From: Candidatus Multivoradales bacterium
GTDB taxonomy: Bacteria > Acidobacteriota > Thermoanaerobaculia > Multivoradales > JAHEKO01
Length of the DNA: 64,000 bases
Assembly: GCA_965248055.1 (NCBI GenBank)
Contig: CBDFIJ010000004.1
Span: forward strand, 3,200,001-3,264,000
Direction of reading: 5' to 3'
The translations under genes and the position numbers were made by a program. Shown here in pieces: positions 39,375 through 48,961 of the stretch. The notes under the pieces were generated by a model, which was not told the DNA's origin, made no database searches, and saw only the letters and a list, made by a program, of their open reading frames with translations. Numbering within the stretch: the stretch's first letter is position 1; the number at the start of each line of letters is the position of its first letter.

Positions 39375-39949
39375 TGTTAAACACTCCCAACGTTCTCTCG
39401 ATCATACGCATCATGCTGGTGCCGGTGCTGGTGGTGGTTTTGCTCACCCAGGGAGAAGGCAAGGAACTGATCGGTTTGGGGATTTTCCTGGTCGCCGCCT
39501 CAACCGACTTTCTCGACGGCTATCTGGCCCGCCGTCGAGAACAGGTGACCCCACTGGGCCAGCTACTGGATCCAGCCGCCGACAAAATCTTGATGTCGGC
39601 AGCGCTGATCGCCCTGGTCGAGCTTGGATTGGCCCCAGCCTGGATGGTGGTGGTCATCGTCGCCCGTGAATTTGCGGTATCGACGTTGAGGGCGGTTGCA
39701 GCAACCGAAGGACAGGTGATCTCTGCGGCCTGGTCAGGCAAGGTTAAGACTGTGGTGCAGATCATCGCGGTCTCAGCCCTACTGTTGGGGGAGCGTTTGG
39801 GGCCGTTGCAAGAGTTGGCGCCGCTGCTGCTGTGGCTGGCGACCATCTTGGCGGTCTACTCAGGCCTGGATTACTTTGTACGCCAAACTCCGCCTCTGAT
39901 TCGCACTTGGAAGCAGCGCCAAGCGGCGGAAGAAAACTCAGATAGTTAG
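39374..39949 (+). CDS. pgsA: CDP-diacylglycerol--glycerol-3-phosphate 3-phosphatidyltransferase
   Basis: PNVLS..R, DFLDGYLARR..VTPLGQLLDPAADK, GKVKT. Confidence 0.93.
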   Translation: MLNTPNVLSIIRIMLVPVLVVVLLTQGEGKELIGLGIFLVAASTDFLDGYLARRREQVTPLGQLLDPAADKILMSAALIALVELGLAPAWMVVVIVAREFAVSTLRAVAATEGQVISAAWSGKVKTVVQIIAVSALLLGERLGPLQELAPLLLWLATILAVYSGLDYFVRQTPPLIRTWKQRQAAEENSDS

Positions 39950-39959
39950 TTGAATAGGC

Positions 39960-42512
39960 GTGCGCAGATTTCTTCCTAAGCTAGCTCGTTTTGCAGCTCG
40001 TCACCACAAATGGGTATTCGCGGCTGCGCTGATTACCGCCCTGTTGTCCGCCTATTCGGCCTCCAAGCTTCGCTTTGACACCGATGTTCTCGGTCTCTTG
40101 CCCAAAAACGAACCTGCGGTCAACGCTTTGCGTGACACTCTTGAGGAGTTCGGCAGCCTCGACTATTTGTTGGTTGCGGTGCGCATTCCAGAGCAGGAGT
40201 CGACCGACCCCTACATCGACTACGTACGCATTCTCGGCGAGCGACTGGAGCAGGTGGAATCCTTGGCTGAGGTCGAGTACAGCTTGGGCGAGCTGGAGTC
40301 GCTGCTCGCAGAATTCATTCCCAATGCCTTGGCGTTCCTGTCGCCGGAAGAAGTGCGGGAGGTAACCCAAAGGACCCAGCTAGAGAGAATCGGTGGTCGG
40401 GTCACGGAATTGAAGAAACAACTGTCGATGCCCCAGGCCCTGGCCTTCAAATCATTGCTGCTGTTGGACCCGGTTGGCGTGGGAGATATTTTTCTCAGCC
40501 AAGCCAAGACTTCCACCGCGGGCATGTCAATCGATTGGACCAGTGGCTATTTCCTCTCCAAAGACCAGCGCATGTTGTTGATCTTGGCCAAACCGGTGGG
40601 CCCGCCTCAAGACGTTTCGTTTTCTCGGGCGATGGTCGCAGACGTGCGTGCGGCGGCAGAGCAAGCGAAGGTGGAGTGGCAGCGCTGGATGGAAGACGAC
40701 AGCGCCGAGGTCGAGGTGGTGCTGGGGGGTCGCTACATGATCGGACTTTCGGATGAGGCGACCATTCGCAACGACTTCATCGTCAACGTCGCGACCTCGC
40801 TGATCGGCGTCCTGGTGCTGTTTGTCTTTGCATTTCGCAGATTCGGCCCCTTGGCCTATGCCTTCTTGCCTCTGGTGTTTGGACTCTTGATGACGTTTGG
40901 ATTCTCGTCAGTGCTGTATGGACGGTTGAGCGCGGCCACCAGCGGAGTCGCGGCTTTGCTGATCGGCTTGGGGATCGACTTCATCATCGTTTCCTATGGA
41001 CGGTTTGTCGAAGAGAGAAAACGTGGTGCCGGTCTCTATGAAGCCCTGGAAACGATGAACGGTTCATCGGGGAGGGCTGTGGTCATTGGTGCGATTACCA
41101 GTGCTGCTACCTTTTTCGCATTCTTGGTGACCGATTTCACCGGATTGCGACAGATGGGCATTCTCACCGGTACCGGAATCTTGCTATGTATGACCGCGGT
41201 TCTGTTGTTGCTCCCGGCTCTGTTGGCCTGGCACGAGAATCATCAGAGTCGCCGGCACCGGCAACCGCGGATGTACCTCCACAGCTTCGGCAGCGAACAC
41301 TTGATGGAGATGGCGATGCGCCGACCACGGACGGTGCTTGCCGCGGCAGCCGTGCTGAGTGTTTTGGCGTTGGGTGTGGCTAGCCAAATACGTTTCGAAG
41401 ACAGCGTTCAATCGATGCGACCCAAGGGCAACGAAGAGGTCGCTTTTCGCGAGGAGCTGTCCCAGCGGTTCGGATCTAGTTTTGAGCAGATGATGCTGGT
41501 GTTTGAGGGGGATTCTGCTGATCAAGTGGTCGAGCGGGTGCATCAGGCCCTGCCCCAGCTTCGTCAGTTGGTGGATGACAAAAATCTAATTGGCTTGGAT
41601 TCGCTCTCTTCGTTGATCCCACCCCGTTCGGACCAAGAGCAAGCGCTGGCGGTATTGGGAGCTGCTCGTCAAGACGGCCTGGATCCGCAGCAATTTGGCG
41701 CAGCGTTTCTTGCCGCTCTTGAGCTGGAAGGCTTGCGCGCCGAGCCCTTTCGCGGTGGCGTCGACTTGTTGGTCGAGGCGCTGGAAAGGGAGTCGGTGCT
41801 GACTCTGGAAGACTTTGACGCCAGCAGCAACGGTCGCCGGCTGATTCGACGGTTCGTTCGCCACGGAGAAGACGGGCTCTGGCGGGCGGTGGTCTATCTG
41901 TTCCCCCCCGCCAAAGTATGGCGCCGCGAACCGCCGCCGCCGTTGGCTCAACTCGCCGAGGACCTAGGTCCACAGACCACCTTGGTGGGCGCCAACGTGG
42001 TCAGCCAAGTGATGCGCAAGGGAGTTCTGCGGGACGCTGGCGTTGCCACCGCAGTCGGCTTTATGGTGGTGGCGTTTATCTTGTGGTTGGATTTTCGCAA
42101 GTTCTCCGACACCGCGTTGTCGCTGGCTCCTTTGTTGATTGGGGTGATTTGGATGGTGGCGGCGATGGTCCTTTTGGACTTGCCGATGAACTTCATGAAC
42201 ATCTTCGTCACCACCATGATTATCGGCATCGGTGTGGACTACGGGGTCCACGTGATTCATCGCTACCGCGAAGTCGAGCGCTTTGGACTCGACCGATTGG
42301 AGGCCGATGTTTCCGAGACCGGCAAGGCGATCACCATGGCCGCATTGTCGACCATCGTCGGTTTTGGCTCGCTTTCGCTGTCCCACTATCCCGGACTGCG
42401 GTCGATGGGCTTGGTGGCGATTCTGGGCGCGGTGTTCACCTGTCTGGTCTCTTTGACCGTGCTCCCGGCCTACCTGTGTCTGCGCAGAGACCGCCGCAGA
42501 AATTCCAGCTGA
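39960..42512 (+). CDS. MMPL/RND family membrane transporter
   Basis: Two repeats of TM + large periplasmic loop + TM bundle; GLGIDF and GIGVDYGVH motifs. Confidence 0.88.
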   Translation: MRRFLPKLARFAARHHKWVFAAALITALLSAYSASKLRFDTDVLGLLPKNEPAVNALRDTLEEFGSLDYLLVAVRIPEQESTDPYIDYVRILGERLEQVESLAEVEYSLGELESLLAEFIPNALAFLSPEEVREVTQRTQLERIGGRVTELKKQLSMPQALAFKSLLLLDPVGVGDIFLSQAKTSTAGMSIDWTSGYFLSKDQRMLLILAKPVGPPQDVSFSRAMVADVRAAAEQAKVEWQRWMEDDSAEVEVVLGGRYMIGLSDEATIRNDFIVNVATSLIGVLVLFVFAFRRFGPLAYAFLPLVFGLLMTFGFSSVLYGRLSAATSGVAALLIGLGIDFIIVSYGRFVEERKRGAGLYEALETMNGSSGRAVVIGAITSAATFFAFLVTDFTGLRQMGILTGTGILLCMTAVLLLLPALLAWHENHQSRRHRQPRMYLHSFGSEHLMEMAMRRPRTVLAAAAVLSVLALGVASQIRFEDSVQSMRPKGNEEVAFREELSQRFGSSFEQMMLVFEGDSADQVVERVHQALPQLRQLVDDKNLIGLDSLSSLIPPRSDQEQALAVLGAARQDGLDPQQFGAAFLAALELEGLRAEPFRGGVDLLVEALERESVLTLEDFDASSNGRRLIRRFVRHGEDGLWRAVVYLFPPAKVWRREPPPPLAQLAEDLGPQTTLVGANVVSQVMRKGVLRDAGVATAVGFMVVAFILWLDFRKFSDTALSLAPLLIGVIWMVAAMVLLDLPMNFMNIFVTTMIIGIGVDYGVHVIHRYREVERFGLDRLEADVSETGKAITMAALSTIVGFGSLSLSHYPGLRSMGLVAILGAVFTCLVSLTVLPAYLCLRRDRRRNSS

Positions 42513-43825
42513 TGTTCGACGCACTTCAAGATCGACTGCAGACGACTTTCAAGCGTTTGCGCGGCGAGGGTACGATCTCGGAAGAGGTCCTGAAGTCGGC
42601 GCTGCGCGAGATTCGGCTGGCATTGCTCGAGGCCGACGTTCACTTCTCGGTGACCAAAGATCTGCTCGCCTCGGTCGAGAGTGCGGCCCGGGATCAAAAG
42701 GTGTTCGACAGCCTGACCCCGGCTCAGCAGGTGGTCAAAATTGTGCGCGACCAATTGGCGACCGTCTTGGGCGAGGTCGGCACCGAACTGGTGCTCAAAG
42801 GACGCCCGGCAGTGATCGTCCTGTGTGGTCTGCAGGGGTCTGGAAAAACCACTACCAGCGGCAAACTGGCAGCGCGATTGGTGGCAGCGGGTCGTTATCC
42901 GCTCTTAGTCGCCGGTGACCTGCAGCGCGCGGCGGCAACCGAACAACTGCGCCAGGTCGCCGAGTCAGCCGAAGTCCCTGCGGTTCTCCCGGATTCTGGA
43001 GATGACCTCCTGGCAGTGGCCACGCGGGGTATCGAGCGGGCCAAGAACTCCGGACGCGACACCGTAATTATTGATACTGCAGGGCGCTTGCACGTGGACG
43101 ACGAATTGATGGCTGAAATCAGTCAACTGGTGGCTGCCGTTGAACCTTGTGAATGCCTGTTCGTGGCCGACGCCATGACCGGCCAGGACGCGGTCAAGAG
43201 CGCCAGCGCATTTGCAACCTCGCTGCCGCTCACCGGCATCGTACTTTCCAAGCTCGATGGGGACTCAAGAGGAGGAGCGGCGATTTCCATCCGTGCGGTG
43301 ACCGGAATCCCGATCCGTTTTGTCGGTACCGGCGAAAAGCAAGCCGACATAGAACTCTTTGACCCACAACGACTTGCATCCAGGATCACCGGCCTCGGCG
43401 ACGTCATGGCGCTGATCGAGAAGGCCGAAAAGGGACTGGATCGTGAGGACAGTCGTAAGCTGGCAGAAAAGATCTCCAAAGCCGAGTTCGATTTTGAGGA
43501 TCTACGCAGTCAGCTACGCCAGATGCGCAAGTTAGGGCCTCTCTCCCAGGTTCTAGAGATGCTGCCGCGACAGGCGATGGGCAAACTTGATCCCAGCTCC
43601 GTCGACGAGTCACGGCTCAACCTCGTCGAGGCGATCATCGACTCGATGACCCCGCTCGAACGCCGCACCCCGCGGCTGTTAAACGCTAGCCGAAAAAAAC
43701 GCATCGCCCGTGGTTCAGGAACCTCGGTGCAGGAAATCAATCAACTGGTCAAACAACTTCGTGAGACCAAGAAAATGATGAAAAGCATGCGCGGCAATTG
43801 GCTCAAACGTTTCGCACCGCGTTGA
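42512..43825 (+). CDS. ffh: Signal recognition particle protein Ffh
   Basis: ATG 42512 (MFDALQDRL); ALLEADV, GLQGSGKTT, DTAGR, M-domain SMT..ER..RIARGSG. Confidence 0.97.
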   Translation: MFDALQDRLQTTFKRLRGEGTISEEVLKSALREIRLALLEADVHFSVTKDLLASVESAARDQKVFDSLTPAQQVVKIVRDQLATVLGEVGTELVLKGRPAVIVLCGLQGSGKTTTSGKLAARLVAAGRYPLLVAGDLQRAAATEQLRQVAESAEVPAVLPDSGDDLLAVATRGIERAKNSGRDTVIIDTAGRLHVDDELMAEISQLVAAVEPCECLFVADAMTGQDAVKSASAFATSLPLTGIVLSKLDGDSRGGAAISIRAVTGIPIRFVGTGEKQADIELFDPQRLASRITGLGDVMALIEKAEKGLDREDSRKLAEKISKAEFDFEDLRSQLRQMRKLGPLSQVLEMLPRQAMGKLDPSSVDESRLNLVEAIIDSMTPLERRTPRLLNASRKKRIARGSGTSVQEINQLVKQLRETKKMMKSMRGNWLKRFAPR

Positions 43826-43957
43826 CCGGTTCATCGTTCCACTTGGGCGATTCTTGATTTTCGTAGAGATTATGCTCGCGGGTTGTTACAATGCCGCGTT
43901 CCTGAGGCGCGAGTCATGTTGTTGCGCGGTTTCGGGATAAGACGGAGGACAGAACGA

Positions 43958-44200
43958 ATGTTGAAGATCCGGCTCCGCCGCATGGGATCGCGGCACAGGC
44001 CTTTTTATCGCGTAGTAGTTTCGGAATCACGAAATACTCCGACCGCCAGTGCGGTTGAGGAGATCGGTTTCTACGACCCAAGACAGAAACCGCCGTTGTT
44101 TAACGTCGATGGTGACCGGGTTGACTACTGGGTCAGCAAGGGCGCGCAGATGTCAGACACCGTTGGCCGCCTGGTGCGTGCCGGCTGCAAGGCCTCATAG
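43958..44200 (+). CDS. rpsP: 30S ribosomal protein S16
   Basis: MLKIRLRRMG..RPFYRVVV, IGFYDP, GAQMSDTV; GGAGG RBS. Confidence 0.97.
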   Translation: MLKIRLRRMGSRHRPFYRVVVSESRNTPTASAVEEIGFYDPRQKPPLFNVDGDRVDYWVSKGAQMSDTVGRLVRAGCKAS

Positions 44201-44206
44201 GGATCT

Positions 44207-44452
44207 ATGGTGAGCACGGTACGGGAAGATCTTGCTGCTGTGGTGCGCGGCATTGTAGAAGACCGCGATGCGGTCTTGGTGGACGAACTGGAGGGTTCGG
44301 ACTCCACGGTTCTAGAGTTGCGCGTCGCCAATGATGATCTTGGCAAGGTGATTGGTCGTCAGGGGCGGATCGTGCGAGCCCTGCGCTCCCTGCTTAAGGT
44401 CCGGTCGGAGTCCGACCAGCGCATGTATGAACTCGAAATTGTCGAAGACTGA
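44207..44452 (+). CDS. khpA: KH domain RNA-binding protein KhpA
   Basis: DLGKVIGRQGR; located between rpsP and rimM. Confidence 0.9.
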   Translation: MVSTVREDLAAVVRGIVEDRDAVLVDELEGSDSTVLELRVANDDLGKVIGRQGRIVRALRSLLKVRSESDQRMYELEIVED

Positions 44453-45134
44453 CCGGTCTTCGATTTCTCTCGATAGCGAAACAGTGATGGTCGGGCGCAT
44501 TCGGCGCCCCCACGGCCTGGGTGGAGAAGTGATGGTCGAGTCGATGACCGACTCACCAGACCGCTATGCCAGTGGCGCGCAGATGCACGCCGTGCACGCT
44601 AACTCAGGCAAACGACTTACGTTGACGGTGGGTCAAGCTCGGCCTCATCGTGGGGCCTTGCGGGTAGCCTTTGAGGGCATTGCCGACCGCGATCAGGCGG
44701 AGACATTGCGCGACTTGTTGTTGGTCGTCGATCGTGCTCAGGTGCCTCCGGCGCCGGAGGGCGCGCACTACTATTTTGATTTGATTGGCTGCCAGTGTAC
44801 TGACCGCCAGTTGGGGCTGATCGGCGAAGTGGTGAAGGTGGTTGAAGACGGCGGTGGTATTTTGCTCTCGATTGCAGCACCGCCGATAACAGAGCCTTCG
44901 ATAGCACGGCCTTCAATGGCACCGTCCGGAGATGCGGACTCAGACACTGCACCAGGGTCTGCACCAGGGGCTGCACTATGGACTGGGGCCAGGACTGTGC
45001 CAAGGACTGCGCCAGGGAGCGCGATCTTGATCCCCTTCGTCGACGCCTACCTAATATCGGTCGACACCGAAAACAAGTCTATCGAGGTCGATCTGCCCTC
45101 GGGACTGGTCGAAATATGCACTTCCAAGTCGTAA
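44439..45134 (+). CDS. rimM: Ribosome maturation factor RimM with repeat insertion
   Basis: VGRIRRPHGLGGEV, YYFDLIG, LIPFV..VD..IEVDLPSGL; start uncertain (TTG 44439 or ATG 44427). Confidence 0.9.
   Translation: MSKTDRSSISLDSETVMVGRIRRPHGLGGEVMVESMTDSPDRYASGAQMHAVHANSGKRLTLTVGQARPHRGALRVAFEGIADRDQAETLRDLLLVVDRAQVPPAPEGAHYYFDLIGCQCTDRQLGLIGEVVKVVEDGGGILLSIAAPPITEPSIARPSMAPSGDADSDTAPGSAPGAALWTGARTVPRTAPGSAILIPFVDAYLISVDTENKSIEVDLPSGLVEICTSKS
44947..45018. repeat. Six degenerate 12-bp units inside rimM
   Basis: CTGCACCAGGGT, CTGCACCAGGGG, CTGCACTATGGA, CTGGGGCCAGGA, CTGTGCCAAGGA, CTGCGCCAGGGA. Confidence 0.85.
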
Positions 45135-45847
45135 GTATTTTTCCGGAGTTATTCCAGCCGTTTCTCTCCACCAGCTTGGTGGGGCGGGCGATTGATTCCG
45201 GCAAGATGTCGGTTGCGGTGCATGATCTCAGATCATTTACTACTGACCGGCATCGTGAGGTTGACGACGAGTCCTATGGCGGTGGTGGTGGCATGGTGAT
45301 GAAGGCTGAGCCGTGGCTGGCCGCGGCAGATCGGTTGGCCGGCGAATTTCGACGGGTGTTGTTATCGCCGCAGGGGGCGCGCCTGAACGAGGCAGGAGTT
45401 CGGCGCCTTGCCGACTACCCCGGTTTATTCCTGATGTGCGGCCGCTATGAGGCGATCGACGAACGCGTCTTGGAGAGTGTGGTTGACGAAGAGGTTTCGA
45501 TCGGTGATTTTGTACTCTCGGGCGGAGAGTTGGCGGCAATGGTCCTGATCGAGGCGATCTCACGCCAGATCCCCGGGGTGGTTGGACTCGCGGAATCGGT
45601 CGAAAACGACAGTTTTCGCGACGGACGTCTGGATCACCCGCACTACACTCGACCTCGCGAGATTCAGGGCATGGGCATTCCCGATGTCTTGCTCTCTGGG
45701 GACCACGCGGCGATCGAGCAGTGGCGCCGAGAACAGAGCCTACTGGCGACCGCTCGAAAGCGCCCTGATCTGTTGGCGAGAATGGAGTTGAGCGCCGATG
45801 AGGTCGGGGTTCTTCGGCGTGCCGGAGTCGATCTGGGTGATGGCTAG
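45116..45847 (+). CDS. trmD: tRNA (guanine-N1)-methyltransferase TrmD
   Basis: SIFPE, YGGGGGMV, LSPQG, CGRYEAIDER, SIGDFVLSGGE. Confidence 0.97.
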   Translation: MHFQVVSIFPELFQPFLSTSLVGRAIDSGKMSVAVHDLRSFTTDRHREVDDESYGGGGGMVMKAEPWLAAADRLAGEFRRVLLSPQGARLNEAGVRRLADYPGLFLMCGRYEAIDERVLESVVDEEVSIGDFVLSGGELAAMVLIEAISRQIPGVVGLAESVENDSFRDGRLDHPHYTRPREIQGMGIPDVLLSGDHAAIEQWRREQSLLATARKRPDLLARMELSADEVGVLRRAGVDLGDG

Positions 45848-45921
45848 TTCGGATGACCTCAGCTCTGTTATGATTTGCGGCTCGGTCTGCCCGTGGCAGG
45901 CTGACTGACTTTCAAACAGGA

Positions 45922-46293
45922 ATGACAGCGATGAACGATCTGCAACGAGTAGAACAGGAATATTTGCGCGACGATCTCCCCGAGTTTCGTGCTGGCGATA
46001 CGGTTAAGGTCCACGTCCGAGTCCGCGAGGGCGGTAAGGAGAGGATTCAGATGTTCGAGGGAGTTGTTATCTCTCGCCGTGGTGGTGGGACTCGGGCTAG
46101 CTTTACCGTCCGCAAGATGTCCTCAGGGATCGGAGTTGAGCGCGTCTTTCCTCTGCACTCGCCCAGTGTTTCCAAGATTGAGGTGGTCAGGAAGGGCAAG
46201 GTTCGGCGAGCCAAGTTGTACTATCTTCGAGGTCTCCGCGGTAAAGCGGCCCGTATCGAAGAGCGCCGAGACGACCTGAATAAGCCTTCGTAG
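45922..46293 (+). CDS. rplS: 50S ribosomal protein L19
   Basis: [33 protein letters not shown]. Confidence 0.98.
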   Translation: MTAMNDLQRVEQEYLRDDLPEFRAGDTVKVHVRVREGGKERIQMFEGVVISRRGGGTRASFTVRKMSSGIGVERVFPLHSPSVSKIEVVRKGKVRRAKLYYLRGLRGKAARIEERRDDLNKPS

Positions 46294-46322
46294 CGTCGGC
46301 TCGCCACTCCGCGACCAGCACC

Positions 46323-46967
46323 ATGCCTTGGTCGCCTTTTTTTTCTGAGTTAGCTCGCCAAACCTGGTATCGCGGGATCGATGACCGCGTTCGCCACACC
46401 TATGGCCCACTGGTGGCGGGTGTTGATGAGGTTGGGCGCGGTTGCTTGGCCGGCCCTGTAGTGGTCGGTGCGGTGGTATTACAGCCGGGCGCGACCGTGC
46501 CCGGAATCGACGACAGTAAACAGTTGACTGCCCGACGCCGGACTGTGGTCGCACGGATAATCCGCGGGCAAGCTTTAGCTTGGAAGGTTGAATTTCGCAG
46601 TTCTGCTCGCATCGATTCAATCAACATTTTGCAGGCGACGCGGGAGGCGGCAACCGCGGCAGTTCAAGGCCTGGACCGCCAACCACACGCGGTGGTAACT
46701 GACGCACTGCGCCTCGACGGGCTGTCGATGCCGGTGGTACCGGTGGTGCGCGGAGACAGCTTGTCAATGTCGGTGGCGGCGGCCTCGGTGTTGGCGAAAG
46801 TGGAACGAGATGCCTGGATGAGCAATCTAGACCGTGACTTTCCGCACTACCGATTCGGCGATCACAAAGGTTATGCTTCGCCGGTGCATCTAGACGCATT
46901 GCGTCGTTTTGGACCTTGTCCGGCGCATCGCTTGACCTTTGCGTCGGTCGTGCCGAGAACGGACTAA
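46323..46967 (+). CDS. rnhB: Ribonuclease HII
   Basis: GVDEVGRGCLAGPVV, DSKQL, INILQA, AAASVLAKVERD, HKGY. Confidence 0.96.
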   Translation: MPWSPFFSELARQTWYRGIDDRVRHTYGPLVAGVDEVGRGCLAGPVVVGAVVLQPGATVPGIDDSKQLTARRRTVVARIIRGQALAWKVEFRSSARIDSINILQATREAATAAVQGLDRQPHAVVTDALRLDGLSMPVVPVVRGDSLSMSVAAASVLAKVERDAWMSNLDRDFPHYRFGDHKGYASPVHLDALRRFGPCPAHRLTFASVVPRTD

Positions 46968-46974
46968 CATCGTT

Positions 46975-48864
46975 TTGAGTCAATCAATCAAGAACTCCGT
47001 TGAGCTGGCCGATCAATTGGTCAATCAAGGAAGAATTCGTGACGCTATAGAGGTGTTGCGCGAGATATTGGAATCCAACCCGGATGATCGGCGAGTGCTC
47101 AATCGGCTGGGCGATCTGTACGTGGCAGCTAAGGAGCCCGGACGTGCGATCGAACTGTATCGGCGGGTTGCCCAAGGGTTTGAACGCGACGGCATGGCGA
47201 CCAAGGCGATCTCGTTGCTCAGGAAAGTGGTGCGTATCGACGACAGTCAATGGGATGTCTATGAGCGGCTGGGAGATCTTTACCGCGACCAGCAACTGCC
47301 TTTTGAAGCCGCGGCGCAGTACCAGACTGTGGCTGAAGGCCTGCATCAATCGAAGGACTACCGATCTGCCATTCGGGTGCAACGCGAAGTTGTCGCCTTG
47401 CGGCCGAAGGACGCTGCAGCCCATGCTCGCTTGGCTGATTTCTGTTCCCAGATCGAGGACAGCGAGGGCTCGCGCCAGGCTTATTCTGAGATCGGAAAAT
47501 TGATGCTTGAGGCTGGGCAACCAGAGCAGGCGCTACGGGTCTACTCTAAGGTGCTCGAAGCGGACTTCGATGCCCAGTTTGCCGAGCGCTCGGTGGAGCA
47601 ACTCAAGAAATCCGATCAGAACGGACTTGCCGCCAGATTGGCAATGCGGGCACAGCAACTGAGCGGCGAAGCCGTTCCTGAGGATAATGATGAAAGCCGC
47701 GCACAGGTGGTGCCGTCGCGATCGACCACGGCGAGAAAGGAAGTTGACCTAGCCAGCGACGGGTTAGAAACGGTCGAGTTGGAAGCGGTCGGTCCAGAAG
47801 CGGTTGACCTGGAGGTAGCACAGCCTGAACAGGCGCCGCAGAGTTCGGTTGATGTCTCCTTGGACGATGCTTTAGCGGTGGCTGGCACTGCAGAGGGTGA
47901 CCCTGCTGAGGGCGCGAACCCTGCTGAAGAGGGAATGATTTTTGACATCGATTTGGCCGAGCTGGGTCAGGATACGCGCGGCGATGTGTCGTCGGTTGAA
48001 GCCGAGCCAACCGTGTTCGAGCTGACCGATGGGCCGGCGCCCGAGCCCGATATCGAGACTCAAAGCGGTGAGCTCGATGCCGAGTTGCAAGCGTTGATGG
48101 ACGACGCCGAGCGAGAGATTGTTGCAGGGAATCTAGACCGCGCACTATCCCGGCTGACCACGATTCGCGGTAGCGCTGGCAACAATCCCCGGTTTAGGGG
48201 CCTTTGGCATCGAGTTAACCATCCCGATGATCCGGTAATCCCCACAGAGCCTCCAGTGCAGCCGTTGGTTGAACAGCCACGGGTTGAGATGCCGTCAGTT
48301 GAAACGCATCCCATCGAGGCGCCGCTGCTGTCGGCCGACCTCGCGTCACCCGGCAGCCAAGCCCAAGATCTTCGCGTGATCGGCGCCGAGGTGGATCGCG
48401 GGATTGCCGATGCTGGTTCAGGCATCGAAACTGAGCCCGAGTCAATTGAAGACATCGTTACTGGTTTCACCAAGGGATTGGCCGAGGCGCTGTCGCCGGA
48501 GGACTACGATACCCACTACAACCTGGGTATCGCCTACCAAGAGATGGGATTGGTGGATGAGTCGATTGGCGAATTTCAAATTTCCGCCAAGTCCCCGGAG
48601 CACTTGGTTGAGTCGGCCGCAATGTTGGGGTTGGCCTTTCGCCAGCGCGGGCTCCACGATCTGGCCTTCGAGTGGTACCAACGGGCTCGTTCCTGTGAAG
48701 TCGCGACCGATGAGCAGCAGTTGGCGATGCGCTACGAACAGGCTGAGACCCAGCTTGAAGCCGAAGAAGTGGAGCAGGCGTACCAACTATACCGAGAGAT
48801 CTACGGGATCGATTCGACCTATCGCGATGTTGCCCAGCGGATTGACGATCTACGCACCGCATAG
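46975..48864 (+). CDS. TPR repeat protein with acidic disordered linker
   Basis: N-terminal TPR-like helices (LNRLGDLY, YERLGDLY), D/E/P-rich middle, C-terminal DYDTHYNLGIAYQEMGL TPRs; start uncertain. Confidence 0.85.
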   Translation: MSQSIKNSVELADQLVNQGRIRDAIEVLREILESNPDDRRVLNRLGDLYVAAKEPGRAIELYRRVAQGFERDGMATKAISLLRKVVRIDDSQWDVYERLGDLYRDQQLPFEAAAQYQTVAEGLHQSKDYRSAIRVQREVVALRPKDAAAHARLADFCSQIEDSEGSRQAYSEIGKLMLEAGQPEQALRVYSKVLEADFDAQFAERSVEQLKKSDQNGLAARLAMRAQQLSGEAVPEDNDESRAQVVPSRSTTARKEVDLASDGLETVELEAVGPEAVDLEVAQPEQAPQSSVDVSLDDALAVAGTAEGDPAEGANPAEEGMIFDIDLAELGQDTRGDVSSVEAEPTVFELTDGPAPEPDIETQSGELDAELQALMDDAEREIVAGNLDRALSRLTTIRGSAGNNPRFRGLWHRVNHPDDPVIPTEPPVQPLVEQPRVEMPSVETHPIEAPLLSADLASPGSQAQDLRVIGAEVDRGIADAGSGIETEPESIEDIVTGFTKGLAEALSPEDYDTHYNLGIAYQEMGLVDESIGEFQISAKSPEHLVESAAMLGLAFRQRGLHDLAFEWYQRARSCEVATDEQQLAMRYEQAETQLEAEEVEQAYQLYREIYGIDSTYRDVAQRIDDLRTA

Positions 48865-48961
48865 CCCTGACACCGCATAGCCCCAGTACTGCACAGCCCA
48901 GGAACTGAACATCGAGGTCTCGCGTCATTACGATTGGTGTCTCGGGCGATAGAGCAACGGC

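Noticed and set aside
41918-42511. 198-aa N-terminal extension of Ffh
   Set aside because: Out-of-frame overlap with the MMPL gene; canonical Ffh begins MFDAL at 42512
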